Source of the DNA: an uncultured Alphaproteobacteria bacterium
GTDB lineage: Bacteria > Pseudomonadota > Alphaproteobacteria > Methylaequorales > Methylaequoraceae
Direction of reading: 5' to 3'
DNA length: 45,061 nucleotides
NCBI GenBank assembly: GCA_902567115.1
Contig: CACFLF010000003.1
Coordinates: 1 to 45,061, forward strand
Every line of letters begins with the position of its first letter. Within the stretch, counting starts at the first letter, position 1. The notes beneath the pieces are model-generated. The model saw only the letters and a list, made by a program, of their open reading frames with translations. It was not told the DNA's origin and made no database searches. A program made the position numbers and the translations under genes. This document shows, in pieces, positions 9,621-18,904 of this stretch.

Positions 9621-10652
9621 ATGAAAGAATATCTTAAAAAGTTTGTATGCTATGAAAATGTGACAATTCAATACTCCTTAAAAATGTTAGATCGAAATGC
9701 TTCAAAAATTATATTTATTATTGATAAGGATTTAAAGCTAATTGGTTCATTAACTGATGGAGATGTGCGACGAGGACTTTTATCTAATTGTAATTTGAAT
9801 CAAAATGTAAAGAAAATTATGAATCAAAATCCTAAAGTGATAAATGAAAATAAAAAAAAAAAAATAACAAAAGATTTTCTTCAAAAGGAAAAAATTCTTG
9901 GGATACCTATCATAGATAATAGACAACGAATTAAAGATGTTATTGTTTTATTAGGGGAAGAATCTAAAAAACAATTAATTAAAAATGATGTCGTTATTAT
10001 GGCTGGAGGCTTTGGAAAAAGACTTTTACCTTTAACCAAGAGATCTCCAAAACCACTTTTAAAGATTAATGGAAAATCAATTCTTGAAATGATAATTAAT
10101 AATCTAAGTTCTTGTGGATTTATAAATTATAAGATAATCACACATTATAAATCTGAGTTAATAGAGGAATTTTTAAAAAAAAATAATTTATTTAATCTAA
10201 ATATTGAATTGTTTAGGGAGGAAAATCCCATGGGAACAATAGGCGGTCTTTATAAATTAAAAAAAAAAATTTCATCAGACTTCATAGTAACCAACGGTGA
10301 TATCGTAACTGATACAAATTTTTCTGAGTTCATCAATTTTCATAAAAATAAAAAAAGTATTGCTACATTTTGCATCAAGGAAATAGAAAATAAAATTGAT
10401 TTTGGTGTAATAACTTTATCAAAAGATAAAATAGACGATATTTTAGAAAAACCAAATCAAAATTATTTTATAAATGCAGGTATTTATTGTTTTAAAAAAA
10501 GAATACTTGATTATTTAAATGGTGAAAAGGAGGATATTATTTCTTTATTTGGTAAGCTAAAAAATAACAAAGAAAAAGTTTCAGCCTTTCCTATTCATGA
10601 AAATTGGCATGACATTGGAACTTTAGACTCTCTAAGAAAAATAAAGAAATGA
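9621..10652 (+). CDS. CBS-domain sugar-phosphate nucleotidyltransferase (PtmE-like)
   Basis: N-terminal CBS pair (GSLTDGDVRRGLL), MAGGFGKRLLPLT, PKPLL, NGD, INAGIY, WHDIG. Confidence 0.88.
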   Translation: MKEYLKKFVCYENVTIQYSLKMLDRNASKIIFIIDKDLKLIGSLTDGDVRRGLLSNCNLNQNVKKIMNQNPKVINENKKKKITKDFLQKEKILGIPIIDNRQRIKDVIVLLGEESKKQLIKNDVVIMAGGFGKRLLPLTKRSPKPLLKINGKSILEMIINNLSSCGFINYKIITHYKSELIEEFLKKNNLFNLNIELFREENPMGTIGGLYKLKKKISSDFIVTNGDIVTDTNFSEFINFHKNKKSIATFCIKEIENKIDFGVITLSKDKIDDILEKPNQNYFINAGIYCFKKRILDYLNGEKEDIISLFGKLKNNKEKVSAFPIHENWHDIGTLDSLRKIKK

Positions 10653-11824
10653 AAGTCATATTATTTAATCTTCTAGTTCTCTTTGGAATAATCACAAGCA
10701 CAGAGCTAATTTATAATTTTTTTTTTAAAGAAAATGAAACATGTAAAAATAAAGTAACTCACCATAACTATTGTCCAAATATTACTATTAAAAAGAAATT
10801 AAATGAACCAAATTATGACAAGAAAATTATAAAAATAATTACTAATAATCAGGGATATAGGGTGCAAAATAAAGTAGATAAAATTATTACTGAAGAATAT
10901 GATTCTATCTATTTAGGAGATTCATTTATTCAAGCAGATGAACTTAATTATAACGAAACTTTCATAAGCTACTTAAATAATGAAAGCTTGAAAAAAAATT
11001 TTCAGATCGGTTATTCAAGTTGGTCTCCAATCATATATTTAAATATATTGAAAAATATAAAACTGAAAAAAAATGTTGAAATAAATATTTTTACAATGCT
11101 CAATGATTTTTCTTTTGTATCACAATTAGGAAATGTTAATTACCATAAGAAATTAAAAACAAATAATCATAATCAATTAAGATTTTTCTTAGACGAAAAT
11201 TCAAGTGGTGAAACTTTTTTTTTAAAAATTAAAGAGTTCATAAAACAAAACTCCTTTTTCTATAAAAATCTGTATTCAAAATTAATTAATTTTCCAGAGA
11301 ATAAATTTAATTCCAAAAAAGAAAATTACGTATTTTATAAAAGCTTTGTAGAATTAAATACAAATTGTAAAGAACTTTATAATTCAAAGAATCAAGTATC
11401 TGAATTACTTTATGAATATATTAGTTTTTCTTTTCATAGAACATGTTGGGAAAAAAATCTTTTATATTCAGTTGAAAATACTATTGCAGATCTAAATAGT
11501 ATAATTGAGTATATTGAAACAGTACATGAGGGAACTGTAAATGTTTTTTTTGTTCCTGCAGGATGGAATTTTTCTCAAGAAAATTTAATTGGAAAAACCA
11601 TGCCACCATATAATTTGAGTCAAGATTCAATAATAGGGAGTGACGGACTCTCTCAATTTCTTAAAGAACACTTAAAAAATAATAAAGGCAAATTTATAAA
11701 TTTAGTTGAAGTTTTTAACCATCTAAAAAAAGAAGAAAAGAACGAATTTTATTTTCCGATTGATGGGCATTGGAATGCATTGACTCATAAATTATTATCT
11801 ATCTATTTGTTGGAAGATTTATAA
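10649..11824 (+). CDS. Membrane-anchored SGNH/GDSL-like protein (AlgJ/AlgX-like acyltransferase or esterase)
   Basis: Hydrophobic N-terminus, YLGDSF block I serine, C-terminal DGHWN. Confidence 0.65.
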   Translation: MKVILFNLLVLFGIITSTELIYNFFFKENETCKNKVTHHNYCPNITIKKKLNEPNYDKKIIKIITNNQGYRVQNKVDKIITEEYDSIYLGDSFIQADELNYNETFISYLNNESLKKNFQIGYSSWSPIIYLNILKNIKLKKNVEINIFTMLNDFSFVSQLGNVNYHKKLKTNNHNQLRFFLDENSSGETFFLKIKEFIKQNSFFYKNLYSKLINFPENKFNSKKENYVFYKSFVELNTNCKELYNSKNQVSELLYEYISFSFHRTCWEKNLLYSVENTIADLNSIIEYIETVHEGTVNVFFVPAGWNFSQENLIGKTMPPYNLSQDSIIGSDGLSQFLKEHLKNNKGKFINLVEVFNHLKKEEKNEFYFPIDGHWNALTHKLLSIYLLEDL

Positions 11825-13227
11825 TGAATTATGAAAATTTTAATAAGATAATTGTGGAAACTGAAAAAAATATTGATGTAAATGATTGGCAGTGGCAAGG
11901 TTTCAAAATCTGGCCAATAATTTGTGGTTTACTTCATAATTATTATAAAGATTCCATAAAAAATGATAATAAACAAGAAAACAAAATTTCTCATTTTATA
12001 ATCTTCAGAATATTTAGAATATTTTTAAATTTTATTAAAGAGCATCTTTGTTGGATATCCTTTTTTTGTAAAAATTTTTTAAACTATTCATTTTTTATTA
12101 AGAAATATAAATATTTATTTGTTACCGATGGAGTTTCTCAGGTTGAACTAAATAAAAAATATAATGAGGTATTTTTTCAATTCTTCATAAATAAAAATAA
12201 GAAAGAGTCAATTTTATTTGACCCTCAAAAAAATCCACTATTTGCCAGTATAAATACAATCAATTCAATCTCACTTTCTTCATATTATATTTATTTAAAG
12301 ACTATTTTATTGAGGAAAAAAAAAATTGAAAAGTTTAAAAACTATAATTTATTTTTAGATATTATTCAAAAAAATACGTCTAGGAGTGTGAGATTAAGGT
12401 TTGAAAAAGATAGAATAAAAATTGATTTATTTGAAATAAATCTTTGGTATAAATTTTGGAAAAAAGTACTTACTAGAAGCCAAGTTAAATTAATTTATCT
12501 AATCGGTTATTATAATCATTTAAATTGGGGTTTAATTTTGGCATCAAAAAAAATGAATATTGAAACTATAGAAATTCAACATGGCGTAATTTCAAATAAA
12601 GCAATTCCTTATAAGATTTTAAAAGGGATAGATTTGAATAAAAGTTTATTACCAATACCCTCAGCAATTTATGTTTGGTCTAACGATGAAAAAGAAGTTT
12701 TATCAAATAAAGTTGGTTGTAAAATAAAAGTTATTGGTCACCCTTGGCATAATTTTTGGGAAAATAAAATTCCAAAAGAAAATGCATATAATAAGTTTAT
12801 AAAAATAACAAAAAAATCAAAAAAAAATATTTTAATTGCTGATCAAAATTTAGAAAAATGGCTTTTTTATTTTAAACCAATAAAAGAGTTAATAATTGAA
12901 AAAAATGAATGGAATTTTTGGTTTAGATTTCACCCTACAACAACCAACAAAAGTTTTATAGAAAGCTATTTTCCGTTTCATCATCCTAATTTGCGTATAA
13001 ATTATGTGAATGATTATCCCCTACCAATTATTCTAAAAAAAATGGATATTATAGTCACACTAGACTCTGCAATAGCATCAGAAGCAAAGCTATTTGGAGT
13101 AAAAACAATTTTCTTACTTCCTCGCGCAAATTTTACTGAAAAAAACTTAATTACTAAAAAATATGCATATTTTGCAGATAATAAGAATAAAATTTATCGT
13201 ATAATAAATGAAACAAAAAAATTCTAA
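11824..13227 (+). CDS. Hypothetical protein, probable GT-B fold glycan transferase
   Basis: 467 aa ORF. EIQHG, FRFHP and DIIVTLDSAIASEA..FGV resemble the C-terminal domain of CMP/CDP-donor transferases. Located inside the nonulosonic acid cluster. Confidence 0.5.
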   Translation: MNYENFNKIIVETEKNIDVNDWQWQGFKIWPIICGLLHNYYKDSIKNDNKQENKISHFIIFRIFRIFLNFIKEHLCWISFFCKNFLNYSFFIKKYKYLFVTDGVSQVELNKKYNEVFFQFFINKNKKESILFDPQKNPLFASINTINSISLSSYYIYLKTILLRKKKIEKFKNYNLFLDIIQKNTSRSVRLRFEKDRIKIDLFEINLWYKFWKKVLTRSQVKLIYLIGYYNHLNWGLILASKKMNIETIEIQHGVISNKAIPYKILKGIDLNKSLLPIPSAIYVWSNDEKEVLSNKVGCKIKVIGHPWHNFWENKIPKENAYNKFIKITKKSKKNILIADQNLEKWLFYFKPIKELIIEKNEWNFWFRFHPTTTNKSFIESYFPFHHPNLRINYVNDYPLPIILKKMDIIVTLDSAIASEAKLFGVKTIFLLPRANFTEKNLITKKYAYFADNKNKIYRIINETKKF

Positions 13228-14173
13228 AAATATTGTTATAGTTGGCTCGGGAAATATTGGCTCAAGACATTACGAATCACTAAGATACATAAAGGATAAA
13301 AATACTAAAGTTTTTATTTTTAATCCACTAAAGGATTTCGAAAAATGTAAGGTGATGGATAACAAAGTTAATTTAGAAGTTTTTTATATTTCAGATTTAG
13401 AAATTATTCCTGAGAATATTTTCTTTTTAATTATTTCAACAAATGCTGATGTAAGATTTAAATTATTAGAAATATTACTAAGAAAGTTCAAAGTTAGATT
13501 CTTATTATTAGAGAAGATTCTTTTCCAAGAAATTCCGCATTATTATCAATCTATAGAACTTTGTAATAAGTACACACTAAGGACTTGGGTAAACACACAA
13601 TTAAGACAATTTAAAGCATTTCAATTATTTCAAAAAGAAAATATAAATAATGAAAGTTTTAATTTAAAAGTTTCAGGACCAGAATGGGGCTTGGCTTGTA
13701 ATTTCATTCACTTTATAGATTATTTTTCTTTTTTAAACCAAAGTAATAAAATTATTATTAAAGAAAAACAATTGACAAAGTACTTATCTAAAAGAGAGGG
13801 TTTTTATGATTTTTATGGTAAAATTTCTGGTGTTTTAAACAATAAATCACACTTTCTCTTAGAATCGTCTCAAGAAAAATTTTCAAAAAATAAAAAACTT
13901 CAGGTTTCTCTCTTTAATAGTTTTAAAAGATTAGATTACTTTCCTTACAATAGAAATTATAAAATTATTGATAAAAGATCAAATAAGGAAAGAAATGGTT
14001 ATGCAAGATTACAGGTAAGTGAGCTTACGGGTAAATGGATAAATAAAGTAGAGAGACAAGGGATCGATCTTCCCCTTTTAGAGGAATCTGTAAAATTACA
14101 TTTACCTTTTTTAAAAATATTTTCTGAGTATTTTGATAAAAAAAACGGGAATAAAAATTGTCAAATAACATAA
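13208..14173 (+). CDS. Gfo/Idh/MocA family oxidoreductase
   Basis: IVGSGNIGSRH Rossmann motif, LLEK, HFID. Confidence 0.78.
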   Translation: MKQKNSKNIVIVGSGNIGSRHYESLRYIKDKNTKVFIFNPLKDFEKCKVMDNKVNLEVFYISDLEIIPENIFFLIISTNADVRFKLLEILLRKFKVRFLLLEKILFQEIPHYYQSIELCNKYTLRTWVNTQLRQFKAFQLFQKENINNESFNLKVSGPEWGLACNFIHFIDYFSFLNQSNKIIIKEKQLTKYLSKREGFYDFYGKISGVLNNKSHFLLESSQEKFSKNKKLQVSLFNSFKRLDYFPYNRNYKIIDKRSNKERNGYARLQVSELTGKWINKVERQGIDLPLLEESVKLHLPFLKIFSEYFDKKNGNKNCQIT

Positions 14174-15108
14174 ATGTTTTAATAGTAGGTGCAGGTCCTA
14201 TTGGCCAGGAATACGCTAAAATTTTAGATAAAATGAATATAAAGTATTCTATTGTTTGTAGGTCTTTTAACTCAACCCTTCATTTAAAAAAAATATCTAG
14301 CAATGTTTACCATGGTGGAGTTGAAAACTTTTTAAAAAAAAATAAAAGTCAATTCTTTTCACATGCAATTATTGCGGTAAGTGTGATTGATTTATCAAAG
14401 ATAACTAAGATTATAATCAAAAGTCATATAAAAAATATTTTAGTTGAAAAACCCTGTGATTTTTCTGTTAAACGTTTGGAAAACTTATATTTAATACAAA
14501 AAAAAGAGAAGAAATCAGTTTTTATTGCATATAATCGACGTTTTTATTCAAATGTAATTTATTTGAAGAATAAAGTTTTTAAAAAGAACAAAATAAAATC
14601 GATGACTTTTGATTTTACAGAGTGGCCAGAAAAGTTTGTAAATAAATATGAAAGAAAAGTTTTAAATAATTGGTTGATTGGAAATTCCTCCCATGTAATT
14701 GATTTAGCTTTTTACTTAGCAGGAAACCCAAAGAAATTAATAGCTGTTAAAAATGGAGAACTTAGCTGGTATAAAAATTCAGTTTTTGCTGGAACGGGGG
14801 TTACCAAAAAAAATATTCCATTTAGTTATCATGCTAATTGGGACTCAGCGGGAAGATGGAAAATAAATCTATTCAATAAAGAAGGTAAATGGATATTGAT
14901 GCCATTAGAAAAAATTTTCTTTCAAAAGAAAAACTCCTTATCTTCAACAGAACTAAAAATTGATAATTCAAATGATATTAAATTTAAACCTGGTTTTTTT
15001 TTACAAGTCAAAGCTTTTTTAAAAAATGAAAAAGAGTTACTCACACTTAAAAATCAAATTGAAAAAGTAAAAATTTATAAAATTATTGAAAGGGGTTTAA
15101 CTCTATAA
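14158..15108 (+). CDS. Gfo/Idh/MocA family oxidoreductase
   Basis: IVGAGPIG, LVEKP, AYNRRFY, NSSHVIDL. TTG start overlapping the previous gene. Confidence 0.82.
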   Translation: MSNNINVLIVGAGPIGQEYAKILDKMNIKYSIVCRSFNSTLHLKKISSNVYHGGVENFLKKNKSQFFSHAIIAVSVIDLSKITKIIIKSHIKNILVEKPCDFSVKRLENLYLIQKKEKKSVFIAYNRRFYSNVIYLKNKVFKKNKIKSMTFDFTEWPEKFVNKYERKVLNNWLIGNSSHVIDLAFYLAGNPKKLIAVKNGELSWYKNSVFAGTGVTKKNIPFSYHANWDSAGRWKINLFNKEGKWILMPLEKIFFQKKNSLSSTELKIDNSNDIKFKPGFFLQVKAFLKNEKELLTLKNQIEKVKIYKIIERGLTL

Positions 15109-15124
15109 ATTATGAAAGAGTTCT

Positions 15125-16261
15125 ATGTATAAAATTTGTAAAGTGTGTGTAATGGATACAACTGACCCAGACATAACATTCAATAGTAAAGGACAATGTC
15201 ATCATTGTGAATCATATTTAAGAGAAGTACCAAAACTTCCTTTTAATAAAAAAAATTCTAAAGAGGAAATAAATAAAATTATTTCAAGCATTAAATCTTT
15301 TAGAAAAGGTAAATATGACTGTGTTATTGGTTTGAGTGGTGGGGTTGATAGCACTTATTTAGCATACATCGTAAAAAAAAAGTTAGGACTAAACCCTATA
15401 GCAGTGCATATGGATAATGGATGGAACTCTGAAAAGTCAGTTAAAAATATAAAAAACATTGTTACAAAATTAGATATTGACTTATACACCAAAGTTTTGG
15501 ATTGGGAGGAATTTAAAAAACTTCAAATCGCCTTTCTAAAAGCATCTACACCGGATTCAGAAATACCCTCTGATCATGCAATCTTAGGCACACTATATGA
15601 AGTTGCAAATAAATTTAATATTAAATATATAATAAGCGGAGCAAATCAAAAAACAGAAAGAATAATGCCTACTGCTTGGTCTAACGGTCATTTTGATTCT
15701 GTTTATCTCAAATCTATTTACAAAATTTTTTTTAAAAGTAAACTCAAAAATTTTCCTATTTTTACATCATTAAAAAAAATATATTACAAATATTTCAAAA
15801 GAATAAAGTTTTTGCAAATTTTTAATTATTATGAATTCGACGCAAAAAATGTTAAAAGAATTATTGAAAAAGAACTTAACTGGCTGGACTATGGTGGTAA
15901 ACATTATGAATCCACTTATACAAAATTTTATCAAGGATTCCTTCTTATTGAAAAGTTTGGGTTTGATAAACGAAGGGCACATCTTTCAAATCTAATCTGT
16001 GCTAAACTTATTTCAAGAAGTAAGGCATTAAACCTTTTAAAAGAACCACCAATTATTAACGAAAATATTTATGAATTACAAAAATATATTTCAAAAAAAT
16101 TTAATTTAAGTAATGATGAACTGAAAGAAATAATTAAAAATCCAGCAAAAAAATATAGTGATTATCCTAATATGTACAATACAAGATGGTATAAATATTC
16201 TAGAAAATTTTTAAAACCAATATATAGATTCTTTTTTCCAGTAAAAGGTAATGAAAAATAA
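15125..16261 (+). CDS. N-acetyl sugar amidotransferase (WbpG/WbuX-like, PP-loop)
   Basis: CKVCVMDTTDP...CHHC, GLSGGVDS PP-loop, DNGWNS, GGKHYES, FGFDKRRAHLS. Confidence 0.88.
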   Translation: MYKICKVCVMDTTDPDITFNSKGQCHHCESYLREVPKLPFNKKNSKEEINKIISSIKSFRKGKYDCVIGLSGGVDSTYLAYIVKKKLGLNPIAVHMDNGWNSEKSVKNIKNIVTKLDIDLYTKVLDWEEFKKLQIAFLKASTPDSEIPSDHAILGTLYEVANKFNIKYIISGANQKTERIMPTAWSNGHFDSVYLKSIYKIFFKSKLKNFPIFTSLKKIYYKYFKRIKFLQIFNYYEFDAKNVKRIIEKELNWLDYGGKHYESTYTKFYQGFLLIEKFGFDKRRAHLSNLICAKLISRSKALNLLKEPPIINENIYELQKYISKKFNLSNDELKEIIKNPAKKYSDYPNMYNTRWYKYSRKFLKPIYRFFFPVKGNEK

Positions 16262-17444
16262 AATAAAATTATCAATAGACATTTTTTTAGACTTAATTTT
16301 CATGCCCTTAATTTTTTTCGTAGTATTAATAAATTTTTTAACGTCAAAGAAAAATAAAAAAGAAAAAATTTTATTTGGTCTTATACCAAACAATAATCTT
16401 TTAATACTAAGAGATGCTATAAAAAAATTGGGGCTAAACGCAAAAGTCATCCCACTTTTTATTCCAGCACATGAAAAACAACTAACCTACGATTTAGACT
16501 TTGAAGAAAAATTTCCAATTTTATATAAAAATTATGTTAGTCAAAAAATAATAATATATTTTTTTTTCCTATATTCGCTTTTTAAGTTTGATGTATTTGT
16601 CATATCGTTACAAAATCGTTTTTTTGACAGAATGTTTTTTCTAAAATGGATAGAATTTCAGATTTTAAAGTTATGTAATAAGTTTATAATCCTTAATCCT
16701 TATGGTGGGGATATTCAATATAATGAAAAATGGAAATTAAATAAAAGCGCAGAGTTTGAAGAATTATATAAAGTAAGATCAAGTCATCCATTATATTCAA
16801 AAATAAGCGATAAATTTGTAAAAAAAAATACTAAGTACTGTTTAAATTTTGCAAACAAGGTTTTACTATCTTTAGACTGGCCACTCTTCATACCAAAGAA
16901 TAAAAAGAATATTTACTTTCATTTAAGATGTATTCCTCAAAACTTAGATAAAATAAAAATTAGACAAAAAAAATGTAAAGAAATTTTAATAGTTCATGCA
17001 ACAAATCACCCTGAATTTAAGGGTACAAAATTTTTAAAAAGTGCTGTTGAAGAAATAAATAATCAAAAAAAATTATTTAAGTTGGTAATTTATCAAAATA
17101 TAGAGAAAGAAAAATTGTTATCTTTAATCACGCAGGCTGATCTTGTTTTTGATCAAATTTTGCTAGGTTCTTATGGGAGATTGGCACTAGAAGCAATGGC
17201 TTTAGGAAAACCAGTAATGAGTTATATGTATAAAGATTTTTACAAAATTTATCCACATTGGCATAAATGTCCAATTATTAATGTAAACTTATCAAACTTA
17301 AAAAATAAATTAACAGAGTTCTCAAAATTTTCTAAAAGAAAAAAAGAAAGCATTTCGTCAGAATCAATTCAATTTACAAATAAATATTATTCTGGTAATT
17401 ATGTAGCTAACAAATTTAATGATATTGTTTACGGTCTAGAGTAG
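16251..17444 (+). CDS. Glycosyltransferase (GT4-like GT-B fold) with N-terminal hydrophobic segment
   Basis: HATNHPEFKGT, ADLVFDQ, YGRLALEAMALGKPV. Confidence 0.75.
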   Translation: MKNKIKLSIDIFLDLIFMPLIFFVVLINFLTSKKNKKEKILFGLIPNNNLLILRDAIKKLGLNAKVIPLFIPAHEKQLTYDLDFEEKFPILYKNYVSQKIIIYFFFLYSLFKFDVFVISLQNRFFDRMFFLKWIEFQILKLCNKFIILNPYGGDIQYNEKWKLNKSAEFEELYKVRSSHPLYSKISDKFVKKNTKYCLNFANKVLLSLDWPLFIPKNKKNIYFHLRCIPQNLDKIKIRQKKCKEILIVHATNHPEFKGTKFLKSAVEEINNQKKLFKLVIYQNIEKEKLLSLITQADLVFDQILLGSYGRLALEAMALGKPVMSYMYKDFYKIYPHWHKCPIINVNLSNLKNKLTEFSKFSKRKKESISSESIQFTNKYYSGNYVANKFNDIVYGLE

Positions 17445-17451
17445 CTTTTAC

Positions 17452-18255
17452 GTGTTAAATAAAAAACCATCTCAAATCGATAAAGCAGGAACCAAATATT
17501 GGGATAAAATATGGGAGGAAAAATATTTTCCTAAACTTTTTAATTTGTCTGATCAAAGCTTGAATAATTATATTAATCAAAATTTTCATATTTTTTTTAA
17601 AAAAAATATAAAACCAAAAAAAAAAATAATTGAATTAGGGTGTGCTGGTTCAATATGGCCCGTTTATTTTAATAATTATTTTTCAAGTAAAGTTAGTGGA
17701 TTAGATTATTCAAAGGAAGGATGTTTCCTGAGTAAAAAGATTCTTGAATTTTATAAAATTAAAGGAGATATTTACTGTAGTGATCTATTCAAACCTCCTC
17801 CATCTTTGCAAAAAAAATATGATTACGTTGTGTCTTTTGGACTTGTTGAACATTTTGAAAATACAGCAGACTGTTTAAAAAACTGTTCCAGGTATTTAAA
17901 AGATAATGGAATAATGATTACGTTTATTCCAAATATGAATGGAATCCCAGGTTTTTTACAAAAGCTAGTTGATAAGGACATATTTGACATTCATGTTCCA
18001 TTGTCAAAAGAGAAATTTGAAAGAGAACATCATAAAGCGGGGCTTGAAATTAAAAGTTGCAATTTTTTTTTACCGATTAGTTTATGTGCCTTAAATTCTG
18101 GAAAATTCTCAAAATCAAAACTTGAAAAATCGTTTAGAAAATTTTTGTCAATAACTACAAAATCATTTTGGATAGCTGAAAGATATGGTCTACGCATTCA
18201 GCCAAATAAGGTTTTATCTCCCTACCTTTTTGCCATTTCAAAAAAAAAAAAATAA
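17452..18255 (+). CDS. Class I SAM-dependent methyltransferase
   Basis: IELGCAGS, GLDYS, YDYVVSFGLVEHF, IPN. GTG start. Confidence 0.85.
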   Translation: MLNKKPSQIDKAGTKYWDKIWEEKYFPKLFNLSDQSLNNYINQNFHIFFKKNIKPKKKIIELGCAGSIWPVYFNNYFSSKVSGLDYSKEGCFLSKKILEFYKIKGDIYCSDLFKPPPSLQKKYDYVVSFGLVEHFENTADCLKNCSRYLKDNGIMITFIPNMNGIPGFLQKLVDKDIFDIHVPLSKEKFEREHHKAGLEIKSCNFFLPISLCALNSGKFSKSKLEKSFRKFLSITTKSFWIAERYGLRIQPNKVLSPYLFAISKKKK

Positions 18256-18301
18256 CTTTTTTTTGAAATAATAATTTTCAAACTGTTAATATAGTAATTT
18301 T

Positions 18302-18904
18302 ATGATTATCATTATTGATCTTAACCTTGGTAATGTAGGCTCGATTTTTAACATGTTTGAAAAAATTGGAGTATCATCAAAAATATCAAATCGTGAAAAT
18401 GATATTCTAAAAGCTACAAAGTTGATACTTCCTGGTGTTGGTGCATTTGATAGTGGAATAGAAAAAATAAAAAAAAATAATTTAATTAATTCAATTGAGA
18501 ATAAAGTTTTAGATAAATCAACACCCATACTTGGAATTTGTTTGGGTATGCAAATGATGTTAGAAAGTAGTGAAGAAGGAAAAAAAAAAGGTTTAGGTTG
18601 GATTAAAGGAAAAGTTACTAAATTTACAGATCATAATCTAAAAATTCCTCACATGGGTTGGAATCAGGTAAGAAAAACAAAAAATAACAAATTGACAAAT
18701 AATTTATTGTCAGATTCAAGATTTTATTTCGTTCATTCGTATTTTGCAAATCTCAAAGATAAAAAAAATCAAATCCTTCAAACTGAGTATGGAGAAAATT
18801 TTACTTCAGCATTCAATCTAAAAAACATATATGGTGTACAATTTCATCCTGAAAAAAGTCATAAATTTGGAATGAAACTTTTAGAGAATTTTTCGAAGAT
18901 ATGA
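18302..18904 (+). CDS. hisH: HisH-like glutamine amidotransferase (HisH2/WbuY)
   Basis: LPGVGAF, GICLGMQ (catalytic Cys), PHMGWN, FYFVHSY, QFHPEKS. Glycan-locus paralogue. Confidence 0.88.
   Translation: MIIIIDLNLGNVGSIFNMFEKIGVSSKISNRENDILKATKLILPGVGAFDSGIEKIKKNNLINSIENKVLDKSTPILGICLGMQMMLESSEEGKKKGLGWIKGKVTKFTDHNLKIPHMGWNQVRKTKNNKLTNNLLSDSRFYFVHSYFANLKDKKNQILQTEYGENFTSAFNLKNIYGVQFHPEKSHKFGMKLLENFSKI

Noticed and set aside
18235-18269. Inverted repeat atttc-A13-taac-T8-gaaat at the end of the methyltransferase gene
   Set aside because: The stem is almost all A:T and expected by chance at this composition. Too weak to call a terminator.
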